Part shown: positions 59,347 to 64,000 of the stretch, piece after piece
Layout of the letters: the number at the start of each line of letters is the position of its first letter
Position numbering within the stretch: position 1 is the first letter of the stretch
NCBI RefSeq assembly: GCF_009914755.1
Contig: NC_060932.1
DNA: 64,000 nucleotides
From: the human T2T-CHM13v2.0 reference genome, Homo sapiens
Strand: one strand, 5' to 3'
Program-made: the position numbers and the translations under genes
The notes under the pieces: model-generated
What the model was told of the DNA's origin: nothing
Database searches by the model: none
What the model saw: only the letters and a program-made list of their open reading frames with translations

Positions 59347-60962
59347 TGATCCTCTGCCCCCTCTTGCACACTTCACAGCCATCTGCCTATGATAAATTCC
59401 TTTGAATCCCCCACTCCCCCAAATACAATTCCCATGGAAACCCAAGTAAAGAGAAATAAAAGTGCTCCGGAGGAGTTGGTGGGAGTGGGTGGTACGGGAT
59501 TGATTAAACTCTATCTGTGGCCTAATTTTATTTAGTTGTGTTAGCTTAGAGTAAGCTCCGGATGGGAGATAATTTTGGATGAGGAATGAAGAGGAGGAAG
59601 AGTAGGTGACAAGCTGGGATATAAGAAATTGAGAAACCTACTCCCCTACCCCAAACCTGTGCGGGAAATCACAACTCTAGGGTATGCTTATTACTCACCA
59701 TGAAGCATGTTAGCACTTTCCCAGCCCGGTTCTGCTTATGGGAAAGAGATCTGAGACTCTAAGAGGAATACAAATGGTGAATATTCTCTCTACTGTTTAG
59801 TTTATCAATGGTAACTTGCAGTTAAGCAAATGAAAGAGCTTCATGTTTTGTCAGTAGCGGAGGTAGGTAGATTCCAGCTCCTAGCTTGACTAATTCTGCC
59901 TCTGGAAGTGTGCTCGGTCAACTAGGCGATAATTTCGGGTAGGGAAGGGAGGTGATGCTCAAAATCCCAGAGCTGTTCATTTCTAGGAGAGACTGGAGAG
60001 TCCAAAGGGGTATAGCAGCAGGTCACCTTAGCCTTGGAAGAGGCATTTGTTTTGATTGCTGGGACCTAATAAATCTTAAGAAACCGTGTAGGGGAGTGGT
60101 TGGAGCATAGGGCTGGAAATCTTGGGGTTGGTTGTAGTTATGGCTCCGATACTAACACCTCTCTGTGTTTTAGTTTACCCATCAACAAAATGAAATAGTT
60201 AATAATTACCCTGCCATAGGCATATTTGGGGGTTAAATGAGGAAATGCATGTAAAATGGTTAGCAGAGTTCTTAGCACATACATAGGAAGTAGGCAATGC
60301 ATTTGTTGTTGTTGTTGTCGTCAGTGTCGCTATGGTTTTCTCCCACCACCAGGAAGCAGCTATTCAGAGCTTTCCAATCTGTTTGTGACTTTGGAAACTT
60401 AGTGGACCTCCCCAGTTCTCTCCTCTGAGCTCACATACTGTATTGGGAAATATTATCTGAAAACGTGTGCGCCAGTTTCTTGTGGTTAGAACTTATTGTC
60501 TATATGGGATTGTGTTTAGGGGTGTTTCTTGAGAATACATGCCAACTTTGGAGACTTAACTTTGAATTTCACCAGAAGTTGTGGGTGGCTTAGTAGCTAC
60601 CTAAGCTGATATCTCCATCTATCCCTGTAGTCGTTTTTCCTGCTGTGGGTTGAAGCTGTCTATTCTTTTCTAAACAAGGATTGCCAAGTAGAAAGAGGCT
60701 AGAAAAATATTTTCTTCATCCAAGTCGAAATATCTTTAAGATATTTTGATGAAGACACTTGAAGCAGATTCTATCAGAAAGCAAGGGAAGTTGGGAACTT
60801 ATGTGGGGTAGAAAGTACATTTGTCTACAGGCTGTTGGAGGGTGTATCTTGGCTATTGTGTAGTAGGTAATAGGTAAAATTCAGACACTATTTAAACCCT
60901 TATTTCCCCTCCCTCCTCTCTTCATCTTGGCTTCTTGTTGGTGGCCAGTATCTTGCTGGATT

Positions 60963-61490
60963 TATTAGTTATCTATGGCTGCATGATAACATATCTCAAA
61001 ACTTGGCAGCTTAAAACAACAAACATTTATTTTCTCTGTAGATGAGTAATTTGGGAATAGCATGGCTCAGTGGTTCTGCCTCAGGATCTCATGAAGTTTC
61101 CATCAAGGCGAGGGCAGGGGCTGTCATGATCTGAAGGTTTGACTGTGGCTGGAGAACCCACTTTGAAGATGGCTCCTCACATGGCAGGAGACTGTGATTC
61201 TTTGTTGGCTCTTGGCAGGAGGCCTCATCCTCATTCTGTGGATCCTCCTACAGACTGCTTGAGGATCCTGTGACATGGCAGCTGGCCTTCTCCAGATCCA
61301 AGAGGGAGCAAGACTGAAACTGTCTTTCATGACCTGGCCACAGAAGTCACACAATGACATATCTGCTATGTTCTGTTTGTTAGAAATGAATCATTTAGTC
61401 CAGCCTGTCCTCAAAGGGAGGAGAATTAGGTTTCATTTTTTGAGGGGAAGATTAGCAAAGAATTTGTGGATATATTTTAAAGCCACCACA
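60963..61490 (-). mobile_element. MLT1 (F/G/H-type) LTR
   Basis: ttattagttatctatggctgca...gcttaaaacaacaaacatttatt...ttttaaagccaccaca. Confidence 0.75.
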
Positions 61491-62807
61491 GTGGGCTTCA
61501 ACCTTCCTCACACCTGAACAGCTCATGGCTCACCCTCATCAACATGATGATGCCGTTTCTTTCAGCATCTTCTTTTTCAACTGGTTCTCAAGCTCCAATC
61601 TCCCCTCTCCCCAGCTGCAGCCGTACCTTCATTGCCCATCTGGACAGTTGAGAGGTCCCATGATGCTGGCTTTGTCAACTCACCCCCATTACCCCTCAAA
61701 GCTTATCTCCCCTGTGCCAGATTTTCACAGATCATAGCCAATCTAAAAATGGGTTCATTTTTAAAATTCTGTGAACACACTGACTAGCTTCTTATTTAAA
61801 TGTCATCCTCGATATTGGTAAGAATAAAAATAGAGCCTAACTCCATGGAGTTTATGATATAGAAGGAGAGGTATGAAATATAAATGTAACAGGAAGTAGA
61901 AAGTGGTAAGTGCTTTAAGGAGGTACAGATAAAGTGCTGTTATTTCCTGGAGTGAGTGAAGTATAATTATTAAAATGTTAAGCCCCCAAGTAAGAGAGCT
62001 GGATGTAAATTGTGGCAGTATGGTGCAGTGGTTACTGCTTGGCCTCTGGGGAAACATTGCCTGCATTTGAACCTGAGTAAGTGACTTAACATTCCTATGC
62101 TTATTTCCAAGAATAACCTCTTGCTTCTCAACCTCTTATTAAGGATTTGATAAATGAATATATGCAAATATGCTCAGAACAGAGCCTCATACATAGTGCT
62201 CAATAAATCTTAGTTATGCTTAATAATTTTGGGCAGAGATTTAATCTCACCAGACTGCAGTGTCATTGTCTGTGAGTGAGTAAAGTAGAAATGCCTCTTT
62301 CCTGCTGTAGTTGTGAGAATTTCAGGATATAGTGTGGGCAAAATTCTTAATACCATATCTGACACATAGTAAGAGGTCAGTAAACATTACCTATCATCAT
62401 TTTAGCAGCTTGAGGAGCCAAGATGTGCTTCCAGAATGGAAAGACATTTGAGTTAAACCTTGTAGGATGGGTGGAATTAAGACATCAATTCTGCCCTGCT
62501 GAAATAATTATTTTGACTGCCATTTATGGTGATATGTATAGGCTTTTTACTAGGTGCTCGACATGAATGATATCATTTCTGCCCCTTCTCCTCCCTGAAA
62601 GCCCAATGATGGTGGTTATTTCACAGGTGAGGAACGTGACACTCAGAGAATAGACATGATTTGCTTAAAGTCAATCAGCCTCGGAATGGAAGGGTTGAGA
62701 TTTGAGGAAGGGTTTGTTTGTCTGACTCTGGATCCTGAAATTCTTCTCTGGGCTACATGGCCTACATTCCCTCCAGGTCTCTTAGTAATTCCTTGTTTTG
62801 TGGTTTT

Positions 62808-62921
62808 TATTTTTAGCGACAGAGTCTTGCTATGTTACCCAGGCTGGTCTCAAACTCATGGGCTCAAACGATCTTCCCACCACAGCCTTCCGAGTAGCTG
62901 ACACTACAGGCCACCACACCC
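62808..62921 (-). mobile_element. Alu monomer (FLAM-like)
   Basis: agagtcttgctatgttacccaggctggtctcaaactc...ggctcaaacgatc. Confidence 0.8.
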
Positions 62922-64000
62922 AACTTCTCTCTGTGGTTTTTAACCTCCTCCTAGAGAGTAAACTCAGCCTCAGGAAGGTGAGATAGGAGGCTAGTTAATA
63001 GTCAGTGGATAGAGTGGTAGGAGGAGGGTATGCTCAGTGACTAAGATCCAGCACTGAGCCTCACCCTGTTCGACATTTTCTGGTCACTAGGAACATTTCC
63101 TAGGAAGACTGGCACCACAGCAGCTTCTGTATGAAAGAAGGGAGTATCCTTCACCTAATGATATGGAAACCCTTTGGTTCTCTGAGGCAGCTGTCTAGGA
63201 CTCTCAACTCAATGGAGCTCTTGATCCCCGGGGCCACAATTGCTTTATTTCCTTAGATTGTCCTTATGGCTGCTTCTGCAGAGTTCAATCAATCCAATTG
63301 CAAAACCAGGAAGCACAGAATGTATGGGTCCAGTTGACTCAGCCTCTTAGCTCAGAAATGTAATGCTGTGTCAGTGGGTCCAGCAACATCTGTTCCCTGA
63401 AGCATCAGCCTTTTCCTTGTCAATAAGAGACATTTGCAAATAATTGTGTATTCCCTTGTGATGACTCCTGTCTTATGACTTGTTATAGTCTAGTCCTCCA
63501 GACTGTGGACTCCTTGAGAAGGCAGCCTTGTTGGAAACCAGGCCTTGAGTCTTGGCTGACTTTAATTTGCTGTGTTTGACCTTGGGAAGCTGCTTAGTAT
63601 CTCTGAGCATTAGTTTATTCAGGTAAAATGTGGAGGTTGGAGTAGATGAACTCGAAGGTCCTTTTTAATATGAAGGCACCTGTGATTCTGGGACCTGTGT
63701 ACCCTTCACAGCAGCAACCACATTGCATGTAGCCCACCCTGGATACATATGATTGCCCAATGCTTGTACATGTGACTAATCTGCTATTTGTTTTTATCTG
63801 GGCTTGCTTATTTGGGGAAGTAAAGTTTGATTCTGGTCAGTGTTAATGCATTGGGTGAATACATGTTCAAGTTCAAAGAGCACTGGGTCTGTGGTGAGTA
63901 TACTTGGCGAAGTTACTTGACAACCTCAAGCTTTAGTTCCCTCAGTTTCCTTATCTGTTAAATGGGAATGATCCAAATTTTGACCTCTTAAGGTTGCAAG

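Overview
Human-type (primate, Alu-rich) genomic DNA from the 5' half of the ferlin gene FER1L6 on the + strand. Ten GT-AG coding exons (34386-59199) splice in frame into 1410 nt / 470 aa: [12 protein letters not shown]..., C2B, FerI, then C2C ...DVPPE. The gene continues beyond the window. The first ~34 kb is the long first intron. The rest is Alu, MIR/L2, L1, MaLR/ERV LTR and DNA-transposon relics. Main lead: the annotated start exon looks like a former internal coding exon, matching otoferlin exon 6 in phase and sequence, with an in-frame 'UTR'. The upstream intron also holds exon-shaped blocks with weak C2A-like translations, possibly fossils of the C2A domain FER1L6 is said to lack. Also seen: an ~80-bp inverted-repeat pair with a templated insertion, a candidate alternative first exon, a candidate antisense exon, and inverted Alus around exons 3-5. 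Paralog comparisons use sequences recalled from memory and were not run computationally. Exon numbers assume one untranslated exon upstream of the window.
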